Assembly: GCA_964016885.1 (NCBI GenBank) | Contig: OZ024742.1 | Span: forward strand, 127,286,001-127,350,000 | Direction of reading: 5' to 3' | Source of the DNA: Eledone cirrhosa | Lineage: Eukaryota | Length of the DNA: 64,000 nucleotides | In this document: positions 11,670 through 24,178 of the stretch, piece after piece | How positions within the stretch are numbered: the stretch's first letter is position 1 | Layout of the letters: each line of letters opens with the position of its first letter | Notes under the pieces: generated by a model | What the model saw: only the letters and a program-made list of their open reading frames with translations | The model's database searches: none | Told to the model about the DNA's origin: nothing | Program-made: the position numbers and the translations under genes

Positions 11670-12516
11670 CATTAAAAAAAGACGATATTATATATAAACT
11701 GCATTAGGAGAAAATTAGTGACGGAAATATATGAATGTTTATTTAAGCGATCGTTAACCGGAAGTATTGACATTTGAAAATTTTAAAGAAGTGAATCTTA
11801 AAATAAGCAACAAAATTATTTGTATTTAATAAAAAATAACGAAATTTAGTAGATAAATTATGTAATATTCATTCATTATTTATTCAAAATAATCCAACTT
11901 ATTTTACATACGGGATAAAAAAAATATATTCTGGACGCAGTCCCGCACTCCTTACTTTATTATAATTTAGATTCTCAAACTCCGGAGCTGGAAAGCATTT
12001 AGTTATTCTAAATAGAATATCTAAACTATAATAAAGTGCGGGACTGCGTCCAGAATATATTTTTTTATACCGTTTGTAAAATAAGTTGGATTATTTTGAA
12101 TAAATAATTGTTTCTTCTTTTGGCACAAGGCCAGCAAATACCCAGTACATTACTGGTACTTTATTTTATCGACCCCGTAAGGATGAAAGGCAAAGTTAAC
12201 CTCGGCGAGATTTGAACTCAGACCATAAAGGACCGTAACTCTTTGCTGCAAAGCATGGCGTCCGACCCTCTACCGATACTGCCAATCCACCACCATTTTG
12301 AATAAATAATGAATGAATATTACATAATTTATCAACTAAATTTAGTTATTCTTGATTAAATATAAATAATTTTGTTGGTTATTTTAGGATTCACTGCTTT
12401 AAAATTTTCAAATTACAACACTTCCGGTTAGCGATCGCTTAAATAAACAATCATATATTTCCGTCACTAATTTTCCCCTAATGCGGTTTATATATAATAT
12501 CGTCTTTTTTTTAATG
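11670..12516. mobile_element. Fully palindromic foldback/MITE with TA target duplication, carrying a SINE in its right arm
   Basis: TA|CATTAAAAAAAGACGATATTATATATAAAC ... GTTTATATATAATATCGTCTTTTTTTTAATG|TA. Arms are complementary for about 300 bp to a centre near 11990. Confidence 0.9.
12109..12294 (-). mobile_element. Full-length tRNA-derived SINE with 16-bp TSD
   Basis: TSD ATTTTGAATAAATAAT at 12093-12108 and 12295-12310. A-box TGGCAGTATCGG and B-box GAGTTCAAATC on the minus strand. Confidence 0.93.
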
Positions 12517-12703
12517 TATCATGGATTACGTTACTGATTACATAAGACAGTGTAACGCAGTCTTCGTTCAATTTCTGTGTATATTGTCAATTACGATTTT
12601 ATTTGATGTATCATATCTACATGCATATATACTTGCGTATAACATAAATATGCACACTATACATGCTAGCAGAAAACCACGCGAAGGGTGGTTTTTCTGC
12701 TAG

Positions 12704-12965
12704 TTAGTCTAATGACTTCTTTTATACCATAAACGTGGTTTTGTTTTTGCAAGAAATTGTTCGTAATTATCCTCGCTTTATTCCCGTTCATTGCCAGGGA
12801 ACGTCCTCACGAATCAAAATATCGTCTTCCTGTTTTCCTTTGGTTGTAACGTTTTTCGAAATATTTACTTCTGCGTTCACAGATTGATTTTTTTAGTTTC
12901 GGAAGATCCCGTTAAGGGTGAAAGCAGCGACTCTTTGCTTAAACTTTAATCTGTTATATTAATAT
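12704..12965 (-). repeat. Single arm of foldback family A
   Basis: Matches 19710-19990 in reverse (GATCCCGTTAAGGGTGAAAGCAGCGA...TTAAACTTTAATCTGTTAT). Confidence 0.85.
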
Positions 12966-12974
12966 ATATATACA

Positions 12975-13014
<40 letters not shown>

Positions 13015-13061
13015 ATTATTATTATTATTATTATTATGTAATAAACAACATAAGGCAATTA

Positions 13062-13121
13062 TTCCATTTACCAGTGGTTTCTTAAAACCAAAAGGTTTTG
13101 CTTTCAATCCTCAGAATGAAA
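13062..13121 (-). ncRNA. Type I hammerhead ribozyme, GUA site (PLE distal copy)
   Basis: UUCAUU-CUGAGGA-UUGAAAGCAAAA/UUUUGGUUUUAA-GAAAC-CACUG-GUA-AAUGGA. Confidence 0.85.
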
Positions 13122-13266
13122 AAATCCTGTTTTGTTTATTGAATTTGGATTTTAAAAAACAAAAATGCAATCTATATGAAAGTGAGGCTGGAGAAGGAAG
13201 AAGGAAAGGAAAAATAAAATAAAACTACACATGCAAACACACACACAAAAACACAAAAGCATACAT

Positions 13267-13299
<33 letters not shown>

Positions 13300-13416
13300 C
13301 ATATATACACATACACATATATATAAAACATACACTTATATACACATACACATACATACACATATACACATACATACATTCATACATACACACGCACACA
13401 CATATACACACACACG

Positions 13417-13452
<36 letters not shown>

Positions 13453-13802
13453 TACATATATATACATGTGTGTACAAGCATACACATACACAAACATAGC
13501 CATACACACACACATATACATACATACATTCACACAATCATACATATATACATACGTACATACATACACATACATAAATGCACTCCTCTACATATTCACA
13601 CACGCAAATAAATATAAGACACACAAAAAAACACAAAAGCATACTTACACACACATACATATATACACATATATAAATGTACGCATACACATATACATAT
13701 ACACATATATATATATATATAAAGAGCGTACACCTACACACACATACACATATATACACACATATACACATACATACATTCATACATACACACACACACA
13801 CA

Positions 13803-13898
<96 letters not shown>

Positions 13899-13900
13899 CA

Positions 13901-13955
<55 letters not shown>

Positions 13956-14337
13956 GTGTGTGTACAAGCATACACATACACACACACATATATATACACT
14001 CATACATACATTCACACAAACATACAACATACACACATACACATACATGAATGCACTCCACTACATATTCACACACGCAAATAAATATAAGAAAAAAATA
14101 TATAAATATATATTAACAAAATTTTTGACAGCGATACATGCCCCAGCTAACAGGACAGACACGCGTGGTAAGTAATACACACAAAAGCACATATACATAC
14201 GTACGAAATAGTAAACACATACACACACTCTCACACATAAATATACATATACAAATACATAAACACGTACATACACATAGATACACAAACACGTACACGT
14301 ATATAATATAAACACACACATGTATATGTAATTATAT

Positions 14338-14382
<45 letters not shown>

Positions 14383-14644
14383 CAAAAATATAAAAATATA
14401 AACGCACACACACATATAAATACGTAAACACACATATACATACATAGCTAAACAATTATACACATGCAAATACGTATATATCAAAAGCACGCACAACCAA
14501 ATACAAACACACACACACACACCCACACACACACCCACACATACATAAAAATAAATAAATACACACGCACACATATACATACATACACATACATATACAC
14601 ATATATACATATATATATATATACATATACATACATATATATAC

Positions 14645-14677
<33 letters not shown>

Positions 14678-14832
14678 CATACACACATACACGTACACAT
14701 ACACACATGCATACACATACACACACACATATACATGTGTGTATGTGTAAAGCTCAGTATTAGATAAGACAAATGAACCTTACATAAACGTATATATAGT
14801 AGTAAAGTAATAAAGCCATACAAGGCAATTAA

Positions 14833-14890
14833 TCCATTCACCAGAGGTTTCTTAAAAGCAAAAAAAGTTTCCTTCAATCTTCAGAATGAA
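14833..14890 (-). ncRNA. Type I hammerhead motif, GUG site (PLE proximal copy)
   Basis: UUCAUU-CUGAAGA-UUGAAGG..CUUUUAA-GAAAC-CUCUG-GUG-AAUGGA. Confidence 0.8.
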
Positions 14891-14965
14891 AAAAAGCCTG
14901 GTTTATCCACATATACATACATACACACACACAAATATACAATTATATACACACATACACACACG

Positions 14966-15047
<82 letters not shown>

Positions 15048-15282
15048 AACATATACGTACATATATACATATATACACATATATATATACACACAAATAT
15101 ACATACACATACACATAGGTATGTGAAGGGCAAAACAAAAAGAATATATGGGGGGGGGGGGCTAAGAGGAGGTAAAAATATAATGGGAGGTAAGGGAGAA
15201 AAAAATTTTAAATATATAAGAGTACAGAAGGTAGAATCAGCAAAATAAAAACCGTAGCAAAAGTAAAGAGCAGAGAAGGAGC

Positions 15283-17030
15283 TCAAGGCGGTTGATTTAT
15301 CGTAGGAGTGTCAATCCAGTTACAGATCAGATGCGATTTCAGATGAGGACAGCATCTGAAGATCTCAGTCTTTGAGTTAAGGCAAGCGGAAGTGGCTCTC
15401 AAGTTTAGCAAAATCCTATACTTTTCTGTGGTACACAAAGAACAATTCTTTGTGCCCCTTTGGTACTCCCTCGAATGGTCTAATATAGACCAATCAATAG
15501 AGTACGGGATATTACTATCCTTGAGATCCCATACCTTACTTGCGAGGGCCGTTGATGTTCGTTTATCTGAGTGTTTAAAAGAAGCGACATGTGAGTAAAA
15601 TCTGGTTTTAAACCTGTCCTGGGTCATACCGACATATCGCTCACTTCTGGCTGGCTGGTTGTTGATAACTGGCGTTATCTTAGCCTCATAAACGACAGAT
15701 TTTGTGTTACATTTACCCTGCAATGGGCATTCATCCGGCTTCCTGCAGCTGCATCCTGGATTTATCCTCGTACGGTTTGAACTGGTGATTTTGGACTTCA
15801 TGGATGGGCAACAAGAGTAGCTGATCTTAACTACATTCCTATTAAAAATCTTATAATATCTATGAATAGGAGGAAAATGTTTGTCTAATAGTTCAAGGAA
15901 TTTCCTTCCTACATTAGTTTTGACATTTAGAGAGAAGGGGGGTGTGAACCAAATAATCTTCCTTTTCCTGTTATTATGGTTAGTTTTTTTTTGGGGGGGG
16001 GGGAGTAGGTAAATAAGAAATATTTTCTGTAAAACCGCTGTTCTTAAGGGCTTTATTATAATAAGGGGCGGCTTTATTAAAAATGTCTATAGACGAAGAT
16101 AAGGTAGAAATCCTACGGCTAATGTTAGGAATAAGATTATTAAAAACTATAGGGGGATGGCAAGACTCTTTGTGTATATACCTAAGATTTTCATTAGGTT
16201 TATGATAGGGTTTAAAAGAGGCAGTAAGTAGATCAAGATTAATATCAAGAAAGTTAGCATTGGTAAGGTTCGTATCTATAGTAATTTTAAGGTTAAGATT
16301 AGCAAAGGTACTAATTAAATCTTTACGGAATTTATCAAGATTATGGCCGTTGGTGGTATGAGAAACTGCTAATCCGTCATCACGGTATAAACCGATATTA
16401 TGGGACGGAAATTTCTCTTTGAGTGTGTGGAGAAGGAATAATCCTACTAAGTCGCACACATCCGCACTGTCATAGGAACCCATTGCAACATCGAAAGAGT
16501 TTTCAGGGTTTGACTTTTTAACCCAAATATTAAAAGTAAAGTTTTTCTAGCATGAAAGATAATGTCCTCTTCTAATTTGGAGATATTAATGAAGGGTCTT
16601 GCAAAATCTAAGGCTTTAGTTAATAAGGAAACAGTAATAGAAGGGTAAAAATCGACAATATCAAATTGGGAAAATCTACACTTATTTTTACCTTGTATAT
16701 TATTGAACCAAGAAATAACAGAGGAAGTATTTAGCCACTGTGAAAGGACAGTGTTAGTTCTAATTTGGAGAATTATTTTTCTTAAGATTTTCTTACTAGC
16801 AAGGCCAACCTCGGATTTAGCCGGGTTAATCAGTCTACAACTAGGTCGATTAGTAAAGTCCAATTTATGGTCTTTAAGGGTAATATATTCTTTACGCTTA
16901 GCTAAGCTTTCAATCCGGTTATCTATTTGTAAAGAACTAGCTAGTTCTTTAGCTTCTTTATTGATAGTATTGTAGCTATTATTATTAGTTAATTGATATT
17001 TATTGGTAATACTATTAGTTAAAAGTTGGT
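15283..17030 (-). pseudogene. PLE RT/GIY-YIG ORF, 5'-truncated, at least two frameshifts
   Basis: CRLINPAKSEVG, QFDIVDFYPSI, MGSYDSADVCDL, GLYRDDGL, FLDINLDL, IIWFTPPFS, CSCRKPDECPLQGKC, VVYEAKI...YVGMTQDRFKTRFYSH, CSLCTTEK, LNSKTE. Confidence 0.92.
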
Positions 17031-17176
17031 TATACAAATATATACATAGATATACATATGCATACACATACACACACATACATGTGTGTATGTGTAAAAC
17101 TCAGTCTTAGATAATTCATATGAACCTTACATATACGTATATATAGTAAAGTAATAAAGCAACATAAGGCAATTAT

Positions 17177-17234
17177 TCCATTCACCAGTGGTTTCTTAAA
17201 AGCAAAAAATGTTTCCTTCAATCTTCAGAAAGAA
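17177..17234 (-). ncRNA. Type I hammerhead motif, GUG site (pseudo-LTR copy)
   Basis: Same core (CUGAAGA...GAAAC-CACUG-GUG-AAUGGA) with one stem I mismatch. Confidence 0.78.
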
Positions 17235-17550
17235 AAAAACCTGGTTTATCCACATATACATATACACACACAAATATATACATATATATACACACATACA
17301 CATACACACACATACATATATATATATACATACATATATACATATATATATATATACACACAAATATACATACACATACACATAGGTGTGTGAAGGGCAA
17401 GGCAAAAAGAATACTGGGGGGGGGGGGGGCATAAGAAAAGGTAAAATATAAGGGGAGGTAAGGGAGAAAAAAAAAGTAAATATATAAGAGTACAGAACGT
17501 AGAATCAGCAAAATAAAAACCGTAGCAGAAGTAAAGAGCAGAAAAGGAGT

Positions 17551-18340
17551 TCAAGGCGGTTGATTTATCATAGAAGTGTCAATCCAGTTACAGATCAGAT
17601 GCGATTTCAGATGAGGACAGCATCTGAAGATCTCAGTCTTTGAGTTAAGGCAAGCGGAAGTGGCTCTCAAGTTTAGCAAAATCCTATACTTTTCTGTGGT
17701 ACACAAAGAACAATTCTTTGTGCCCCTTTGGTACTCCCTCGAATGGTCTAATATAGGCCAATCAATAGAGTACGGGATGTTACTATCCTTGAGTTCCCAC
17801 ACCTTACTTGCGAGGGCCGTTGATGTTCGTTTATCGGAGTGCTTAAAAGAAGCGACATGTGAGTAAAATCTGGTTTTAAACCTGTCCTGGGTCATACCGA
17901 CATATCGCTCACTCCTGGCTGGCTGGTTGTTGATTACTGGTGTTATCTTAGCCTCATAAACGACAGATTTGGTGTTACATTTACCCTGCAATGGGCATTC
18001 ATCCGGCTTCCTGCAACTGCATCCTGGATTTATTCTCGTACGGTTTGAACTGGTGATTTTGGACTTCATAGATGGGCAACAAGAGTAGCTGATCTTAACT
18101 ACGTTCCTATTAAATATCTTATAATATCTATGATTAGGAGGAAAATGTTTGTCTAATAGTTCAAGGAATTTCCTTCCTACATTAGTTTTGACAGTTAGAG
18201 AGAAGGGGGGTGTGAACCAAATAATCTTCCTTTTCCTGTTATTGTGGTTAGTTTTAGGGGTGGGGGGAGTAGGTAAATAAGAAATTTTTTCTGTAAAACC
18301 GCTGTTCTTAAGGGCTTTATTATAATAAGGGGGCGGCTTT
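17551..18340 (-). pseudogene. Duplicated GIY-YIG part of the PLE ORF (pseudo-LTR copy)
   Basis: Near-identical to 15283-16075 and open over this span. It breaks at 18340, where the inverted copy starts. Confidence 0.9.
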
Positions 18341-18641
18341 TCTTCAGATGCTGTCCTCATCTGAAATCGCATCTGATCTGTAACTGGATTGACACTCCTA
18401 TGATAAATCAACCGCCTTGAACTCCTTCTCTGCTCTTTACTTCTGCTACGGTTTTTATTTTGCTGATTCTACGTTCTGTACTCTTATATATTTACTTATT
18501 TTTTTCTCCCTTACCTCCCCTTATATTTTACCTTTTCTTATGCCCCCCCCCCCCCATATATTCTTTTTGCCTTGCCCTTCACATACCTATGTGTATGTGT
18601 ATGTATATTTGTGTGTATATATATATATGTATATATGTATG

Positions 18642-18672
<31 letters not shown>

Positions 18673-18741
18673 GTATGTGTGTATATATATGTATATATTT
18701 GTGTGTGTATATGTATGTATATGTGGATAAACCAGGTTTTT

Positions 18742-18799
18742 TTCATTCTGAAGATTGAAGGAAAAATTTTTTGCTTTTAAGAAACCACTGGTGAATGGA
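18742..18799 (+). ncRNA. Type I hammerhead motif, GUG site (inverted copy, proximal)
   Basis: TTCATT-CTGAAGA-TTGAAGG..CTTTTAA-GAAAC-CACTG-GTG-AATGGA. Confidence 0.8.
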
Positions 18800-18932
18800 A
18801 TAATTGCCTTATGTTGCTTTATTACTTTACTACTATATATACGTATATGTAAAGTTCATATGAATTATCTAAGACTGAGTTTTACACATACACACATGTA
18901 TGTGTGTGTGTATGTGTATGCATATGTATATG

Positions 18933-18975
<43 letters not shown>

Positions 18976-19412
18976 ATATATATATATATATATCTGTGTG
19001 TGTATATAATTACATATACATATGTGTGTGTATATATTGTATATGTGTGCGTGTTTGTGCATGTATGTGTATGTATGTGTTTATGTATTTGTATATGTAT
19101 ATTTATGTGTGAGAGTGTGTGTATGTGTTTACGATTTCGTACGTATGTATACGTGCATTTGTGTGTATTACTTACCACGCGTGTCTGTCCAGTTAGCTGC
19201 CTTATGTAACGGTGTCAAAAATTTTTAATATATATATATTTTTTTCTTATATTTATTTGCGTGTGTGAATATGTAGAGGAGTGCATTTATGTATGTGTAT
19301 GTATGTACGTATGTATATATGTATGATTGTGTGAATGTATGTATGTATATGTGTGTGTGTATGGCTATGTTTGTGTATGTGTATGCTTGTACATATAATG
19401 TATATATATGTA

Positions 19413-19448
<36 letters not shown>

Positions 19449-19450
19449 CA

Positions 19451-19516
<66 letters not shown>

Positions 19517-19581
19517 AATGTATGTATGTGTATATGTGTATGTGTATATAAGTGTATGTTTTATATATATGTGTATGTGTA

Positions 19582-19626
<45 letters not shown>

Positions 19627-19709
19627 ATAATAATAAAATTGAAGACTAAAATCCAAAGAGGGATCGATAAGGAAAATATATATCAAATATATAAGAACCG
19701 TAGAGCAAA

Positions 19710-20342
19710 TATTTATTAAAATAACAGATTAAAGTTTAAGCAAAGAATCGCTGCTTTCACCCTTAACGGGATCTTCTGAAACTAACAAAGTTAATCTGTA
19801 AACGCAGAACTGGATATTTCAAAAAACGTTGCAACCGGAGGAAGACAGGAAGACGATACTTTGGTTCGTGGTAACGTTCGCTGGTAAAGAACGGGAAAAA
19901 ACGAATAATACGTCATTAATAGGAGCGGTGAAAAACAATTACGCGCAAAGACAAAACCACGTTTATGGTATAAAAGAGGTCGTAGACTAATGTTCTCTTA
20001 GGTGGTGCATAGAGACGTTCTCTGGCAATGAACGAAAAAACGAAGATAATAAGTCATATGTGGGGCGTGGAGAACAATAGCACGCAAAGACAAAACCACG
20101 TAAATGGTATAGCAGAAATCGTAGACTAAAATTCTACTATTAATGACGTATTATTCGTTTTTTCCCGTTCTTTACCAGCGAACGTTACCACGAACCAAAG
20201 TATCGTCTTCCTGTCTTCCTCCGGTTGCAACGTTATTTGAAATATCCAGTTCTGCGTTTACAGATTGACTTTGTTAGTTTCAGATGATCCCGTTAAGGGT
20301 GAAAGCAGCGATTCTTTGCTTAAACTTTAATCTGTTATTTTA

Positions 20343-20348
<6 letters not shown>
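19710..20348. mobile_element. Foldback family A element (two inverted arms plus an internal partial direct repeat) in the (TA)n of the inverted PLE arm
   Basis: TATTTATTAAAATAACAGATTAAAGTTTAAGCAAAGAATCGC ... GCGATTCTTTGCTTAAACTTTAATCTGTTATTTTAATAAATA. Absent from the mirror PLE arm. Confidence 0.88.
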
Positions 20349-20436
<88 letters not shown>

Positions 20437-20596
20437 ATGTGTGTGTATGTATGTATGCTTTTGTGTTTTTGTGTGTGTGTTTGCATGTGTAGTTTTATTT
20501 TATTTTTCCTTTCCTTCTTCCTTCTCCAGCCTCACTTTCATATAGATTGCATTTTTGTTTTTTAAAATCCAAATTCAATAAACAAACCAGGATTTT

Positions 20597-20654
20597 TTCA
20601 TTCTGAGGATTGAAAGCAAAACCTTTTGCTTTTAAGAAACCACTGGTAAATGGA
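20597..20654 (+). ncRNA. Type I hammerhead ribozyme, GUA site (inverted copy, distal); best-preserved copy
   Basis: TTCATT-CTGAGGA-TTGAAAGCAAAA cc TTTTGCTTTTAA-GAAAC-CACTG-GTA-AATGGA; long stem II and 6-bp stem I. Confidence 0.88.
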
Positions 20655-20840
20655 ATAATTGCCTTATGTTGTTTATTACATAATAATAATTAAGCTCTGT
20701 TGCCTACATAGAGCACTCTTTTTTCCTGGACTTTTCCGACGGAATTACTTCATTCACACATATATATATATATATATATATATAAACGGAAAAAATGAAA
20801 CGAAATTTCATTTCCCACTCTTAGTACGGCTGTTACTTAA

Positions 20841-21268
20841 ATATAAGTATGTATACGTACATACATATATGTATACAGACGTACAGTAGTATGTATATAT
20901 ATATATATACATACATGCACACATATATATATGTACGTATGGATTCACCAAACATTTATTATAATGCTCGGTGTGTTTGTAAACAAACATCCCGTATTAA
21001 GCCGTAGTGTCTAGCAACCACCGTTGCTGGTTCAAGCTAACAAGCTTGAAACTAGTACAGCGTTCCTTTGTCAGTGTTGAACAAACGAGCAACGGTGGTT
21101 GCTAGACACTACGGCTTAATACGGGATGCTTGTTTACAAACACACAGAGCATTATAATAAATGTTTGGTGAATCCATACGTACATATATATATATATGTG
21201 TGCATGTATGTATATATATATACATACTACTGTACGTCTGTATACATATATGTATGTACGTATACATA

Positions 21269-21275
<7 letters not shown>
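20841..21275. repeat. Palindromic foldback element with about 190-bp arms
   Basis: AAGTATGTATACGTAC...GTCTAGCAACCACCGTTGCT [about 55-nt spacer] AGCAACGGTGGTTGCTAGAC...GTACGTATACATACTT. Confidence 0.9.
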
Positions 21276-21302
<27 letters not shown>

Positions 21303-21373
21303 TATTGCTCTGGTCTCTTTTGGTCCATGGAGCGCTTGCCAACACAAATCGGAAATTGCGTTTCAATATATAT

Positions 21374-21796
21374 ATATATTCGTGTACAGATATTTTTGCA
21401 TACACAATAATAAAATATAAACAAAAGTATTTATTTCGCGATAAAGTATTGATTTTCTTCGCACGGAAAATACCCTGGTAATCTACGACGAATTTTTTTT
21501 ATAAGCACAAACTGTAGACACCATCCCGAGGCCGAGATATTCCGTACTTCCCTGTACTGTTTCAGAAAGGAGGGATAAACATGCCAATCTATGTTTAGAT
21601 CCCGAGCAACGCTGGGCCATTCTGCTAGTATATATCTAAAATAGAGAATGTCTGTCTGTCTGACTCCATAAAACTCGAGAACCACCCAACCGATTATTTT
21701 CAAACTTTACACATGTAATACTTATGGTCGTGTGAGTGTTTTGAGCAAAAATATTTCAAATTTCAATGCCCTAGGGACCGCATTAGAGGATTTAGC

Positions 21797-21879
<83 letters not shown>

Positions 21880-21985
21880 CTTTGTCTGTCTTTTTAGATA
21901 GATACATAGCTATGATATCGCACCCTTATAATATCTGTCTGTATGTCTGGCTGTCTGCATTACGACATTATCTTATGACACTATC

Positions 21986-22058
<73 letters not shown>

Positions 22059-22622
22059 TGTAACGTTTTTCGAAATATTTACTTCTGCGTTCAAAGATTG
22101 ATTTTTTTTAGTTTCAGAAGATCTCGTTAAGGGTGAAAGCAGCGATTCTTTGCTTAAACTTTAATCTATTATTTTAATATATATATAATTATATATTCGT
22201 GTACAGATATTTTTGCATACACAATAACAAAATATAAACAAACGTATTTATTTCACGAGGCTCGATAAGGATAAATATATATAAAATATATGAGAACCCT
22301 AGAGCAAATATTGTTCTCATTGCTGACGAGGCAGAAGGGGATATACACGATTGGCTGAAGAAGGACGAGACTGTGTTAGTAGTACGACCAACGGCTGCTA
22401 TCACACCAACAGCAGCAAAAACAACAACAGAGAGGGAACGCAATTACTTGCTTTTGAAAAATCTTAATGGAAAATGATTTGCCTATTCACCCAAGGCGAC
22501 TTCACTTTTTATTAGGACTTCTGCATCAATTGGTGAACATACGAAGAAACTGTTTCAGAAATGAGGGATAAACATGCCAATCTATGTTTAGAATCCCGAG
22601 CAACGCCGGGCCATTCTGCTAA
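21374..22622 (+). mobile_element. Head-to-tail non-autonomous Helitron units
   Basis: 3' end CCCGAGCAACGCTGGG-CCATTCTG-CTAG at about 21601-21628, followed by a TC-start 5' end at about 21635 that resembles 49110-49229. The same 3' end recurs at about 22595-22622. Confidence 0.75.
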
Positions 22623-22910
22623 TATTTATTAAAATAACAGATTAAAGTTTAAGCAAAGAATCGCTGCTTTCACCCTTAACGGGATCTTCTGAAATTAAAA
22701 AAATCAATCTGTGAACGCAGAAGTAAATATTTCGAAAAACGTTGCAACCGAAGGAAAACAGGAAGACGATACTTTGGTCCGTGAAGACGTTCCCTGGCAA
22801 TGAACGGAAAAAAGCGAAGATAATACGTTGTTATGTGGAACGCTGAGAAAAAATACACGCAAAGAGAAAACCAAGTTTATGGTATAAATGGAGTCAATAG
22901 ACTAATATTC
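22623..22910 (+). repeat. Single arm of foldback family A (another partial arm at about 22060-22180)
   Basis: Matches 19710-19992. Confidence 0.85.
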
Positions 22911-23107
22911 TATTTAGGAAACCGAATGATTCTCGGCTTAGGAGTTAAGAATAATGTAAATAAATTAGTTAAACGAAAATGACAGAGGTTATTAAAATCG
23001 TAAAAGTACTAAATACACATATAAATATATATATATATATGTGTGTGTGTGTGTATACATATATATATATATATATTTATTAAAATAAATATACACGCAT
23101 AAAAGCG

Positions 23108-23140
<33 letters not shown>

Positions 23141-23618
23141 TAAAATAAATATACACGCATAAAAGCGTATATAACGCACACACACACATACCCTATGTAC
23201 ACATATAGACGCCATACATACGTGCAACCACACATACACATTCATACATACCCGACGATAATCCATATATATATATATATATATATCTAACAGGTTTAGT
23301 GACCTCATAGAGGATATGTGTTTTCTAAATTTAAGACAGTAGGGAGGGTGTGTAATATGGGGGAGAGTTAGCTGCTGTTTCTAGCAGGTTTAGTGACCTC
23401 ATAGAGGATATTATTGTGTATAGTAAATAAACTGATACTTCTTTCTTCCACGTTCGTTGAGAGATGTTTTAAAAAAGATTTATCGCTTTTTTTTTTTTTT
23501 TTTTGAATAAATTTATCTGTTGCTTTTGAATAATTGTTGTTTGGTATGAAATGTAATAAGTTCTCTTCGTTGTCATTGAAGTAAATAAATGTTTCACCGT
23601 TCCACACTCAAAAACAAA

Positions 23619-23695
<77 letters not shown>

Positions 23696-24027
23696 TTCTC
23701 TCTCTCCTTCATTTCTTTCTCTCTTCCTTCTTCCGAGTTCCTAAAGGAAGTTTGTAAGGAGGGGGTTTAAGCGTATATAAGAGAAAGTTGCATGTATGTA
23801 GTTTTATCGAATTTTAAGGGGAGTAGAGAGAGGCAATCAGATTGTGTTAGAGGGGTAAAGCGTCATGTATTTAGTTTTATCGATTATTTCCGTAATTGTG
23901 GGTGAGTTAGAAAAAAATAAATAGTCGTTGACCTAAGTTAAACCATTTACAACATTCATACAGACTTTGAGTCGAATCGGTTTGAAATTGTGCAAATGCA
24001 TAAACATGGAACATGCACACACACACA

Positions 24028-24148
<121 letters not shown>

Positions 24149-24178
24149 CAACAACAACAATCTGCCTTTTATAGATAA

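Larger units (their letters stand above)
13010..20690. mobile_element. Penelope-like element (RT plus C-terminal GIY-YIG) as a partial-tandem plus inverted insertion
   Basis: Minus-strand main copy about 17030 to 13010; tandem partial copy (pseudo-LTR) 18340 to 17030; inverted 3' copy on the plus strand 18341-20690. Both outer ends finish in (AAT)n. Confidence 0.92.

Noticed and set aside
13150-15250. Many ORFs of [12 protein letters not shown] type (also at 10375-11216, 18400-19620, 23900-24280, 30000-31280 and 34330-34700)
   Set aside because: They are translations of dinucleotide microsatellites.
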